NCBI GenBank assembly: GCA_964035545.1
Contig: OZ037765.1
Coordinates: 13,402,698-13,466,697 of the forward strand
DNA length: 64,000 bases
Source of the DNA: Bugula neritina
Taxonomy: Eukaryota > Animalia > Bryozoa
Direction of reading: 5' to 3'
The translations under genes and the position numbers were made by a program. Positions 10,801 through 32,863 of the stretch are shown here, in pieces. The notes under the pieces are model-generated. The model was not told the DNA's origin. It did no database searches and was given only the letters and a program-made list of their open reading frames with translations. Position 1 is the stretch's first letter; each line of letters starts with the position of its first letter.

Positions 10801-13800
10801 TTATTGTTTAGTACAACAAATTTACATATACATGAATATACATTACATATAAGGCTACCTACTTGAATAATAATATGCTAACTACATTATTAACTAGCAA
10901 GCTAGTTTACAAACACTTGCAGCAACAGCAGGACAACAACAACTAACATCAACTCAATATGAATACTGAATAGTATAAATAAACTTAAATGGCAATAGTG
11001 GCAAAGTTTTCATGTCCCCTCAATGCATACCAAATGAGATTGCATGTCTGTACTTGGTATGAGTCATATGATTGGGTCATAGACAATTAATTATTTTGTC
11101 AATTCTGAGTTCAAAATATGACAAGATTATAACAAATAAAATTAATGTTATGGGCAAATCATAGAACTCAACAATATGACAGTTTAGCAAAGTGACAACT
11201 AGAGAGCAACAGTGGTGTAACATCAGCACAATCAAAGGGCAGTAATATTTCTTGTCAACAAGTCTGAATAAGCAACATTTTATGAGAAAAGTTTACAAAT
11301 AAGACTAAACATTATGCTGCTGAAACAGAAACCTTACCTGACTGTAATAGCAGTTTCATCACACCAACTTTGCCATAAGTAGCTGCTTCATGCAGTGCAG
11401 ACCCACATTTTGTCTGCAAAAGATATTCATTGCACTGGAATGTTGTTATGGACAGCAACAAAAAATAATAGCAGTGACACATCCAACATACACAAGAAAC
11501 TAGGTTCACTTAAAATAGCTGTTGAGTTGGATGAGATTGTAACAGATATAGAAATATCCAATTACTGTATTAGCAGTTTGGTAGTTCCTAGCAAAACTTA
11601 ATCAATTAGAGAAGTATTAGAATCTTTCACAGAGAAATCTCTCCATGGGGTTACACAGTGATACTGACTAATACTTTGATCTCGGTTATTCAACCCCAAG
11701 ACTTAAGGATCATGTTTCATCGTGTATGATTACATTACTGGCTTTCTATTTATATACAAGCCTCAAGAAAAAAGTTACAACTTTTTGCTAATGAGAAAAT
11801 GAAGGAGAATTAACAATAATGTGAAGTAATCAGGTTACATTACTCATGATTAGGTCTGAGTAATGTAACCTGATTATATTACTCATGATTGGGCCTGCAG
11901 AAGAAGTGGGAGAATAGCCGTCTGCAGAATGCATAGTCTGCAGAAGGCATAGTCTGCAGCACACAACACAGGGCTGGAAGCAGCAGGTGATGACCAGTTT
12001 ACTAATCAAGCCCTAATGGTTAGTTGAAGTGGCACTTCACTAGAAGGTAGGCAGGTGCTTACAACCAACACACGATGAAATAGTTTCATAATTGTGATAT
12101 TTAAATGGAGGCAGCTGCTAAAATATGATCTCCTCAGTAGAGAGTTGAGTCTTTTGTTCAATGTTTGTAGTTATATGGCCAACAACAATAAAAATCAAAA
12201 TAAGCACAAAAGCAATTTAGCGTTTGTAAGCTCCCTAAACAAGTTCCACAGCATACCTTTGTGTTTATGTTGTAGTTACACTGAAGCAACTTTTTTACAA
12301 CATCTTTTTGTCCGTTACGTGCAGCCAGATGCAGTGGGCTGTGGCTTAGCTGAAATTGATGTACAATAGCCGGCTGCTCTCTGATTAGTAAGGAAACAGT
12401 CTCCAGTCTGCCATAGAAACATGCTAGGTCTAAGCTGGACTCTCCACGAACATTACGGATCATAGGGTTGGCGTCATGCTGAAATGGTGCACGTTATAAT
12501 GACACAGAGTACCAGGATAAAAATTTATCACCTGACAGTCACTACTTGTAACAGCTCAAAGAGCTGACTAAGCTTTGAAATGTGAATGAAACAGAAATTT
12601 GAAATTTTACTGATATTTTCTTGTCCTATCAGTTTTCTTATTGTCAACTTATGCTATTTCTCTGTATGAGAGATAACAGCAAATCCAACCTTTAGCCTAA
12701 GAATTTTTTTGAAATTCTTGAGATTTAAAGGAACTTAGTCTGGTTGAAACAAGAAACAAGAAATGTATATGGAAAGAGCAAGTTGTTATATCATCAAAGT
12801 CAAAGTAGATGTAATAAGACTACAAACCTGAAGCAAAAGTTTAACAGCGGCAACATGGCCATACTGAGAGGCTATGTGTAGAGAAGTGTCTCCGGCCTTG
12901 TTCTATCAACATATAACATGCAGTATTAGCAGTTATGCTAGGTATTGTATACCGTAATCACCAAAAATGTCAGTAAATTGTTCTGAACTTCTAAGCTGAT
13001 AATACCAATTAAGTCATTACGCCTAAATTTTACGATAATTGAAAGGAAATCAACTTTTTTACAATACTGCTATTTGTGCCTCAATAGCATTGTTTGTGTA
13101 TTAAGAAGCTAAATAAAGACTAAGGTGAAGTAGAGCATTGGTAGTAGTACACAGGTTTGGTGAATGCAGGGTAAAGTGTAAAATGAATCATATAACAGGG
13201 GTAGGTAGCACAATACACTGAATACATTGTCTACTGCAGCTCTACATAAACATGAAGTAATGTGTTGGGTCAATTACAATCATACAATATCCATTAACTC
13301 GATATGTTTATGCAGAAGCATAATAGGTGTTTGAACAGTCCTAGCAAAAGCTAATTGCCAGTCCAGTGGCAGAGGAATCCACTTGAAAACACATCAAAAA
13401 CACTGGAAACAAAAGACTTGACTCACTGAACAAATAAATGGTGCCCTGTGCTGTGCTTTGCACAAGAGGCATGAAACTGCTTACTGCTTAATGAGTCATA
13501 CAGCACCTCCTGAAACTAACAAATAGTGTTTACTGTTAATTAGTATACCAACTTCTGCAATAATACGACCTGCTTCTGGGCAGGGGTGAGTTAACACAGT
13601 GATCACATTGTCAGCTTGATAATTCATGCCTGACAAGATAGGAAACTTTAGTAAATCATGACTCAATCAGGAGTGATGACCTTGACAGATGATGGTACTA
13701 GTGGCTATATTTATAACATATTATTCTATAATTGTTTGCTATTAGCCTTTGACACATTTCCAACACTTAGTACATGATGACTAGTCGAAGGGTCTCCATT

Positions 13801-15857
13801 TCTCTACTGCCATTTGAATGGTTTCATTTTCTTTAAAAGATAATCTAAAATCTAACCCTGGTATCGCTATTGAAAATTATTGCACACATGGGAGCTTAAC
13901 ACTGAATAATGTTATAATAAACTGGTCACTGGTACACATTCCAATGACAAATTGGCAGGTTATTAGTTAGACTGTGTACCTGCCGATTGACATCATTGAT
14001 TGTGAGAGGGACTAGAAGAGCCCTGCAGATTTCAGCATTCCCAGTCCAAGCTGCAAAGTGCAAAGGAAGACAGCCCTGATTGTCTAAGGCGTTTACATGG
14101 GCCCCTCCATTGATGAGCAAAGTCACTACAGCTCTAAAATAAGGAAATTACTACATCAAATTATGTATTTACACTGATAACTTAGTTAAACACAAAGACA
14201 TAGAGCCGAATATTTATTGTTTTTGTGCAATAATTGTGAGAATACTTTACAAGTGAAGTAGTTAGGACCACAACCTGCTACGCAGAGAAAATGACAATGA
14301 AGTGTCCTCAAGTGGGACTTTACATCACAGTGTTTAGTGCTGGTTACAGATGAGACAGCTCTGGGACCAACACTTCACATGTTATGACTCAGCACCAATT
14401 GAAATACAATCCTTATCAGTGAGATAATGGAAGACACTATTTACTCAACATCAAGTATAAAGGATCTGGAAGTCAAAACACTAATGACATGCTGTTTAGT
14501 GATAACACTGAAGGATAAACACCCACGAGTTAAATTGTTAAATGATATTATTCCTGACGTACTTGTGATTGTTTACTGTAGCCAGATGTAAGAGACTTTC
14601 ACCATTCTGATCTCTGCAGTTCAATGCTATGCCTCTGTAATATAATGTAACAATACACTTTGGATATTGCAACATAGCAATAAAAGAGTGAGATACAGTA
14701 GGCTAGTCAACATGCTTTAGTATCTAGAATATCAAATAGTCCAGCTCATACTAGATAATAATTCACTAACTAAGTGGCATTAGTTAGATTCAAAGTACAA
14801 AATTAATTGTATGACACAGCATTTGAATTTTCGGAAACTTTGGAAAAAATATTTACGACAGGGGCAGCCCTATTCTACTTGGTTTCACTTGGGCAAGAAA
14901 TACTGCAGCACATCAGTAATCAACTGCCGTGACAAGAATCTGTTTGTTGTAAACTTGCATATGCCCTATTGCAATAGCAATCCAGCTCTATTATTCAATA
15001 ATTGACAAACATAACTACATAAAATAAGTTTTCCATGGCATTGAAGACTAGGTATTGATGAAAGAGAAGCACAAAACTAATCTCTGAGTTTATGAAGATG
15101 GGTGAATAAGTAAAACTGCTGTCATTCTTATACAAGGTACATGTCAAATGTTATTATAGCTATGACAAAATGGCATCTCAATACCCCGAAATGCTGCCAT
15201 AGAATTAGTAATAAGCTGCCCTTTCTATCATTTAATTTTTCTATGTAGTCTCACTCGATCTCTGAATATCGTTGAAAAACAAAAATAATGTTTTAATTGA
15301 AACTTTTTACTGTGACAGAAAAATATATCTGTCTATCAGTTCAAGATTCTGTGAAGTAATCACTACATGAACAGAACGTGAAAAGTCGCTTTTGCAGGAA
15401 AATATTTAGCAAGATGACTTATGGTTAGAGGCTGTGATGCTAGACATAATGAAATCTATACAACTATACTGCTTTAGTATTATTATGATTACAAATTGTT
15501 TATTCAACATGGGTTATAAAATATAGACATGTTGCATGTGATATATAGGTATATGATAAGAATAATGTAATAATTACAAAATAAAAATGAAGGGTAATCC
15601 ACAAGCCTGGCATGACACAAGGTTCTATTCGATAAAGTGCTTGTCATAAAGCTGTATGACGAAGTTTGGTTGAATAATTACCTTGGCGATAGGACGCTGG
15701 AGCATATTCTGGAGCTGTGAGAATGGGTTGATCTAACAGATTTACTCTTTTTCGATGATTTATGATGAGTTGAGTGTTTGAGTTTACTAATATAGTGTTT
15801 GATATATTCTGTATTCCCACTCCTGGCAGCCTCAAGTAAGTTGTGTTCTTTACCCAT
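4824..15857 (-). CDS. ANKS1 (Odin/AIDA-1)-like ankyrin-repeat protein without SAM/PTB domains, ~17 coding exons, ~750 aa by hand count
   Basis: Starts MGKEHNLLEAARSGN (ATG 15857; ANKS1A begins MGKEQELLEAARTG). Ankyrin exons 14563-14634 (GESLLHLATVNNH), ~13980-14133 (GCLPLHFAAWTGN), ~12828-12902 (GDTSLHIASQYGH), ~12258-12479 (SSLDLACFYGR...SPLHLAARNG), ~11338-11413 (SALHEAATYGK), ~10500-10602. Then phase-consistent low-complexity exons at ~9229-9300, 8770-8877, 8468-8660, 7717-7818, 7013-7121, 6530-6852, 5996-6060, 5537-5631, 5264-5387 and 4824-5012 (ends VKDYI-TGA). A putative non-coding exon-1 donor lies at ~17458. Confidence 0.82.
8946..9172. repeat. Intronic minisatellite, 42-bp unit, ~5.4 near-identical copies
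   Basis: Unit gtattgtaaggcatgtagagctatgcgtgacattatgtacag starts at 8946, 8988, 9030, 9072, 9114 and 9156 (partial). It accounts for several repetitive ORFs in the track. Confidence 0.95.
11827..11876. repeat. Perfect 20-bp inverted repeat with 10-nt loop (intronic hairpin)
   Basis: taatcaggttacattactca (11827-11846) and tgagtaatgtaacctgatta (11857-11876) are exact reverse complements. Confidence 0.9.
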
Positions 15858-16499
15858 TTCTTTGGAAATATACTGTTCAAAAGGTATCTACAATGACAGA
15901 CCAGCTCGTTGAAAAAATATCAGGCTACAAAAATTGAGATTAAAGAAAAAGCATTATGTTAATATTTACATTATTATCAATACTAATCATAAAATAGGAC
16001 ATTAATTATATACAAGAAGTTACTAAAACTGTTGCCAGCACAGAATAGAAATGAGCCATATTGTGATACTCAACAAAAAACTGCTATTTTTATTTTTAGA
16101 TTTACTTTTAGACTGTATTTGTTGCATAAACAAAACCATGTAGCTATAATATATAGTGGTTGTAACAGTAACACTAACAAATAATTTTTCAAGTGGAATG
16201 ATACAACAATTTTCCTTTCAAATTAAGTTCAACTATTTGCTAAAACTATTATGATTATTTCAAAATAAACTTAAGTTTCCTAAACTCGAGCAAAATATGA
16301 TTTTCCTTCTTCTAAATTAATATTTAGAAGTTAGAGATGTGGCTTTGTCAATCATTATAGTAAGACCTAGATTGAAAAACTACTACTGTAACTCTAATGG
16401 TATTACATTTACCACAATAACAAACTGCAACTGCAAGATTAACATGGCTGAAGTTTAGATATCAAGGAAATATAAGTACATATTGATGTTTAAAACACT

Positions 16500-17010
16500 A
16501 TAATTGTAATAAATCAATACTGATACTAATAGTAATACTAATGCTAATAGTGCTAATAGAACACAATTAAAAATACCTATGTGTAACTATATAGTAATAC
16601 TAATAGTATTAATAGTTGTCGATAGGATTACTTTTAGTCATACTACTTGTAGAAGTAGATGCATTAAAGTAGACTTTAACTTAAGTATTACAATAAGTAT
16701 AAGCATAAGTATAACTCACTAACCCTAAATAAACTTTATTTTGCCTTATAGCTAGTGTTACTGTTAGTCGTAGCGTTAGTGTTACTTACTTAAAATTCAC
16801 ACAATTACTATTAGTATTACTATTACTCACTATTGGTATTAGGTTTAACAATAACTTATAAATTATAATAAATATAATTACAATATTATTATATAGCTAA
16901 TAATGATATTCATATTGATAAGATCAATGACAACTTTAGTGATAACTCAATTACTTATAATATGACTTAGCAGTTATATCTATAACTATGAGTTGAGTAA
17001 TTCACTTTCA
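16500..17010. repeat. 3/6-bp periodic AT-rich tract in the inferred first intron of the ANKS1-like gene
   Basis: e.g. aatactgatactaatagtaatactaatgctaatagt, aagtataagcataagtataac, ttactattagtattactattact. Confidence 0.75.
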
Positions 17011-17299
17011 CTTTTCCGTATTAAACCGTTTTCATAAATATATTATTATTTATATTATTATTATTATTTGATTTAGTTTAAGTTTAAATTGGCATTAAAT
17101 TTCAATATACCACTAAAAAAATATTAAGCACTCCAACAAAATGACCATAATTTAGAATGTTAGACTAAACTTTTGAATTGCATTATTTTAGAATGCTAAT
17201 CAACTCTGTACTAGTATGACAGAATAAATATCAAGACAACTACTTCTTGTAAAAGGTTTGTTAGCAACTACTTGGTTTTCTACAGTCTTGTAGCATATT

Positions 17300-17950
17300 G
17301 AAAATTTGTTACCACGTGAAATTGTTTTGTAAATAGCCGTCGTCCTCAAATTTAAAAGTAGTAACTTCTATAGTATAGAAATATCGTTACTAGTTATTAG
17401 ATATAAAATTTGTTACAAGGAACTAAGTCTAAAACTAAATTGCCCAATGAAAGTTACCGATTGCTCAACGTAAAGCAGAAGCCTCATACTCGGAAGAAAA
17501 TAACTATTTACATCGCGCAAATTTGTTGGGACGAAAATGCCCTAAAATTACCCAAAACAATAACACACATTACAAAGTCAGAATGATAAAAAGCATGTAT
17601 GCAAATTATTTTTTGTTGCTGCATAGTGGCAAGAGTCATAAAATATGTTTAAATAGTGTCAACGGTGTACGTGTTGGCATTTTTTGAACTAACATATTAA
17701 AAGTTGTCTTCCTCTCCAACATCTATCTCGAAAGAAGTACGAAGGCTCTGTTCGCCTTCAGTTTTAGTTAGTTGCTCATTGACGCGAATAAGATAGATTA
17801 AGATTCCAATTGAACTTGAAGTTAATTGCAATCACTTCATCACTTAGCCGCCTATTTCAGATCATCATTATTTATATATAATAATGTGGTTTTAGCTAAA
17901 ATAAAAAACAATGTTTTGATTTAGCTAAAACCGTAGGGCTTAGACCAAAC
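17300..17950. promoter_or_regulatory. Probable bidirectional promoter (ANKS1-like minus / aveugle-like plus)
   Basis: Local CpG enrichment in an otherwise CpG-poor background (ccacgtg, gccgtcgtcc, catcgcgc, aacggtgtacgtg, gacgcg, agccgcc); minus-strand donor CG|GTAACT at ~17458; lies between two divergent CDSs and is flanked on both sides by periodic tracts. Confidence 0.55.
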
Positions 17951-17959
17951 TCCAAAGGC

Positions 17960-18410
17960 AAAGCCTTTGACTTTGCGTTTGAATTTTAATAGTATTATTT
18001 AATTTAAATTTGAATTCAGGCTCATGTGAAAGTGAGACACAACAGAAACTTTTAGTTTTACGTTTAATTTTTGTCTTAACTTCAAATTTTCAGTTTCCAA
18101 TAATAATTCACTGTTAGTTTGAGTTACACTTACTCTTCAATTATTTATTACTTGAAGTTCAAGTTTAAAACTTATGATAAAATACTGCTACTAGTACTAC
18201 TACTAGTACTAGTAGTACTACTAGATCTAGAAGTACTAGTAGTGGTAGTAGTACTATTACATCTACTAGTCTTTTGCCATTGGAAATTAGTATTAGTATT
18301 GCAATTACTATTACTATTAGTCTTCAAGTTCAAGTTTGAATTACTCAATTTGAATTTGTCCATCTTGATTCTTGTATTTCCCATTCGCTGAAACTCAATA
18401 CTATCGACCC
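17960..18410. repeat. 3/6-bp periodic tract in the inferred first intron of the aveugle-like gene (continues ~19810-20050 beyond the LINE)
   Basis: ctactagtactactactagtactagtagtact, cttgaagttcaagtttaaa, attagtattagtattgcaattactattactattagt. Confidence 0.75.
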
Positions 18411-18414
18411 ATTT

Positions 18415-19790
18415 TACTGACAAGTATTCCTTGTGAGATGTTAGAGCATTCGGTATTGAGAAACCTGCTGGAAAAATTTTTCACTAACCTAAACAGTAAA
18501 CAGCGCAGGTTTAGAAAAAGGCCTCTCTTGTGAAACACAAATCTTTGCAACTATGCACGATAGTTGATATACTTCATTCTAATTTTATACATACACACCA
18601 AGCTGTTCATACAGCTGTTTTGGGCTTCACTAAAGCATTTAATTGAGTACCTCATGCCCTTCTAAGGAAAAAAGTCTTCAGAGATTGCAGGTTTGGATGA
18701 ATGCATCCTACACTTCCTAGCCAATCGTACAAAGAGAGTAGTTTTGCAAGGTCACACCTCAGATCCATTACCATTTACTTCAGGTGGGCTACAAAGATCG
18801 GTTTTGGGACCAATAATCTTCCTCATTTTTATTAATGACCTACCTGACTGTTTTGATTGCTCATGTGCTTTGTTTGCTGGTGACACCCCTGTCTACCAGG
18901 AGATAGCCTCATTTCGTGACTGCAGCAGGTTTCAGCGAAATCTAGATTCTTTTGGTGTGTGGTCAGACAAGTGGGGTATGTCATTCAACATTTCTAAGAG
19001 CAAAATAATAAGTTTCAACTCTGTAGGGAATACTTCTAGTTATACATTGAATGGATCAGTGCTGGATTATGTAGACTCTACAAAATACTTTGGTGTCACG
19101 CCACAATCAGATTGCAGGTTCAACAAAGATATATTCAATGGAATACTAAATGCTAGAAAACAATTGGGTATGATTAAAAGAGCTCTCCACTGGACCCCCA
19201 AACGAGCATGATTGATTGCATACAAAGCATTGTGTCTACCACACCTTGAGTATGCCAGCGCAGCTTGGGACTCAACCTGCAAGAAAGATAGTTCTGGCTT
19301 AGTAAAGATACAAGCGGATGCAGTGCGATTCATAGCCAATATTAAAGCTCGCAAAAACGTCAGAAGTGCCATGAAGAAACTCTACCTACAGCCCCTTAAA
19401 CAAAAAGGAGAACCAGGCGCATTAATCTTATGAAGATTCTGGCAAAAGAAGCACAACATCTGGCTCTCAGCTCTGCCTATGATGACCTGCTGAGCAAACC
19501 GACAAACAGCACTATACAGACTCGCTTCCAAGCGAGGGGACAGTGCCAGGTACCTGAACAGTTTTCTCCCAAGGAATGTCCTGGATCTGAAAATTGGTCA
19601 CAATCAAAGCAATAATTCAGAGATCCCCGCATAGACAGGATTAAGTTCCTGTTCAGTCAATACAACCCAACCCGTTATTAACTGTATGACTATTGACCAA
19701 TGACTGTCCAACATGTTACCCATATGCAGCACACTCCTTTCTCTCTCTAGGGCTGTCCAATGTAATTATCACTTCCAGTAAGTTCAAGTA
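18415..19790 (+). mobile_element. 5'-truncated, decayed non-LTR retrotransposon (CR1/L2/jockey-group RT)
   Basis: Frameshifted RT motifs: LTSIPCEMLEH, RFRKGLSCETQ, GFTKAFN*VPH, TSGGLQRSVLGPIIFLIFINDLP, LFAGD (catalytic ADD degenerate), WGMSFNISKSK, KYFGV, AYKALCLPHLEYASAAWD; internal stops and frameshifts. The 3' boundary is approximate. Confidence 0.9.
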
Positions 19791-20409
19791 ACTTTTGTGA
19801 ATATAATTATTTTAAATTTATGCTCATACTGATGGTGAAACTCAAAAGTATCAGTATGACTGTAAGATCAAGTGTATGGTTATAAAATAAAAATATTACT
19901 CGTACTTTAACTGTAAGCAGCAAGACTAGAAGTAAGTGGAAGTTATACTCGCATTGATAATTGATACTTGCATGTTTATAGTAATAGCAATTACATGTTT
20001 TTTATTGGTAAGGTTAATACTTTGCTACCTAGTAACATTACTGTATTGGTTTAATATACTTAGGATTAATGCATGTTTTACATAACCTCAAGTTTTAAGA
20101 TAGGTTGTGTACAAAGCTTTTTATATTTGAAAGCTGTTTTAAAAATTGTAATTCAATTTTAGATATGACTATTTACATCCTTTGCAAATAACTTTATGTT
20201 TATAAAAAATTAAGTAAAAATAAGATTATTGCTTGTGATAATCAGTATTATGTTGACAACAGAATCATGACCAATACTTATGCCATCATTATATAGGCTG
20301 TATAGTTACATTCATGCATTTACTTTGTTTACAGAAATGTGCTAATTTGGAGTTTTGTTGATTTGGTTTCTGTAAAAGATGCTTAATGAGTTCAAAAAAG
20401 ATAAATAGA

Positions 20410-21730
20410 ATGGATTCAAATCAGGTTTGCTATGTAGTTGTTGTGTTACTATTTTGTTTATGCTTGTAAGCCTTATACATTCTGCTATTTCGTGTATTTA
20501 GCACAATAAACCATTAAATTTTCTGCCAGTCTTTTATTCTGTTTCTGATTTGCAGAATTTAATTTGTATAAGGGCGGTTTTAATTGATTTATTGCTCTTT
20601 TATCATGTTGACTTTTATGTTTAATTGCAATATTAATTTTGCAAATTCTTGTTATTGCAGTTTTAGGTTAAATCTTTATTCGGAATTAGATACTTGAAGT
20701 GCATGGCTTATTTTTATTTCAAAAAATTTCTTATTTAAATATTTAGTTCATGCAGGTGCAATTTGATATAACAATATTAATTTTTATTATTCCAACCAGA
20801 AAAGAAAAAGTAAATTGAAACCATTACATTTATGGAGTGTTGATGATGTACTGCATTGGCTAAGAAAGCATATTGGAGAAGGGTATTATATAGCTTACGG
20901 TAACACTTTCAAAGAGCATGCTATCACAGGTGTGTATACTAAATCTAACATTTAAATGTGTTTCCTCGGACTCTTCAACAAAAATTTCAACAGCTTGTAG
21001 AATATTCCAAGGGGATTTTGATTCGGAAAATGTTTAGTGGCTAACTTTAAGTTCCATTATATTCTGCAGTTCTGTTAATTTGATTCAATTGCAATAGCAG
21101 TTTGTGCTAAACCTTAATACAACATGTAACCAGCAAGAAGTAGCTAAGTAGTATTACTAAATATTCTTTGCTCTCCTTTATAGGCAGGACTCTCAAACGA
21201 TTAAATGAAAGTGGACTAATTAGAATGGGAATGAAAAACCGACAACACAGGTATACTGTAGAACTGTTCAATCTAGTTATAGTATGTATTCAACAGTTTG
21301 ATCAGGCTGCTTTCATTAACTTATCTGCTACAAGTATTGCTCTAGATTCATGTTAATGATGTTTATTGGGATGATTCTTTAGGCATCTGATTCCTTGAGT
21401 CCGACACTTGAAATTTGTTATATTTATTGGTTTAAAAAGAAGTTTGTGTATGATGCTGTTCCGCAATATTCACAACTTGTATGTAGGAAACTCAGACAAA
21501 TCTCTAAACCTAAGCACATGGCATATGTTCATTTATATTTGAATCTCTATACTGTTTAAAAGTATTTGCATGGGATATTTATGGTAGAAAGCTTTAAAAA
21601 ATCACAACATGACACTATTTTTTATATTTTCAGAGTTGATTTATTGGCAAAGATATCAGTGCTCAAGATAAAAAGTGATGTTGTAGAGCTGCAGTCCGTT
21701 GTCCCAACAAGCTCCTCTACCTCAACCTGA
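20410..21730 (+). CDS. ave: Aveugle/Hyphen (SAMD10/SAMD12-like) SAM-only adaptor, ~102 aa
   Basis: Exons 20410-20424, 20800-20929, 21184-21250 and 21634-21730 splice in frame to MDSNQKRKSKLKPLHLWSVDDVLHWLRKHIGEGYYIAYGNTFKEHAITGRTLKRLNESGLIRMGMKNRQHRVDLLAKISVLKIKSDVVELQ..., matching the Aveugle pattern LWT..DV..W.R.H...F..H.ITGR.L.R....L.RMG. Largely missed by the ORF track. Confidence 0.88.
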
Positions 21731-22859
21731 CATGATTGCAAATGCTTATGGATAACAGCACTTGGAGAAACTGTATATCCTCCTCTAATATTGGGCTAGA
21801 GCTGTTGATTCTGAATGTCTCTTTATGGGTATTTGCTCTCTGCGCGGAAATATTGCCCATTTAAGATGTGTATTAGATCATAACATTATATGGTATTTAA
21901 GAAGTTATTTCATTATGATGACTCAAAGTTATTAGAGTAAGCTCTATGCTGCTAATTATAAATATTTATGGACATGGGTTTGTAGATGTTTGTGATCATG
22001 AAAATTAGTTATACATAGAGAGGCTGTTTAGCTAAATTTGTCGATGTGATGTGTAGGGGCCAATAGTACTGAAAATAGTAAAAGAGTTATTAGTCATATG
22101 CCAAAAACAAAGAACAAAACTTCAATAATCACAAAATCACCTAATGTTACTAATTTCGACATTAAAAATGTGCAAGTTTTTTTAAGTTATTTAATGTTAA
22201 TTTTTTAATTCAAACCATTGTCAGCATTTTTTGATATTTTGAATAAATGTCTCGAATCCTTTAAAATACTATGAAAAACTATAATATTCATATACTATTT
22301 TGTATTAAATTGTATGGAGTTAAAATTCTTGTTTTACATTGATATTACAGTAAAATGTATAAGCTGTTGTAGTAATAATAATGTCAAACAAATAATCTTT
22401 ACACTTAAAACTTTATACTTTCTGCATCTATACATGATTGTTGTGAAATAAAAGTTGCAAATTATCTTGCTGTGAAAAGTTGAACGTGGATTGAGAAATG
22501 GCTTGATTTAGAAGTCCTTATAACTTCAACTGTAAGTGCTACTTTTACTCAATAACTAAGTATATGATTAATTATAAAAATGGCATATAATAATTTATAT
22601 GGGAAATTTACAAAGGCTCAAATTGAATAATGGATAACCATTGGCCAAGCTTTGGTAAGATGATGAGAACACTTCACTTTTAGATGTAGAGTTATTCCAC
22701 CCAAAATGTGTGTGAATTATAAGCTCTAAGTTTTCGGATAAAGGCTGAACAAAGGTTACTGTTCGGCACGCCTCTTTTTGGGTAAACAAGAACCATCATC
22801 CAACGCAACTGCTGTAATCTTCATTTTGCAGCCAAGGTGAACCTTCATTTTGATGAAAA

Positions 22860-32678
<9,819 letters not shown>

Positions 32679-32863
32679 TGGTGTTACTCAAAAATAAAAT
32701 GCGATTAGCAATGATTCCAATTTTATTATATTATTATAAATTGATTCTAGAATATTTTTAAAAATAGCAGTAACTTAGAACTTTAGAGCATGTTTAACTT
32801 TTTAAAGTAATTTTACTAATCAATGATTTTGTTAACTGACTGTTTTATAAAAATAAAAAATAT

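Noticed and set aside
18119-18423. Hydrophobic or Ser/Thr-rich ORFs (also 38063-38260, 39182-39427, 53077-53304)
   Set aside because: Artefacts of the triplet-periodic non-coding tracts, with no splice or homology support.
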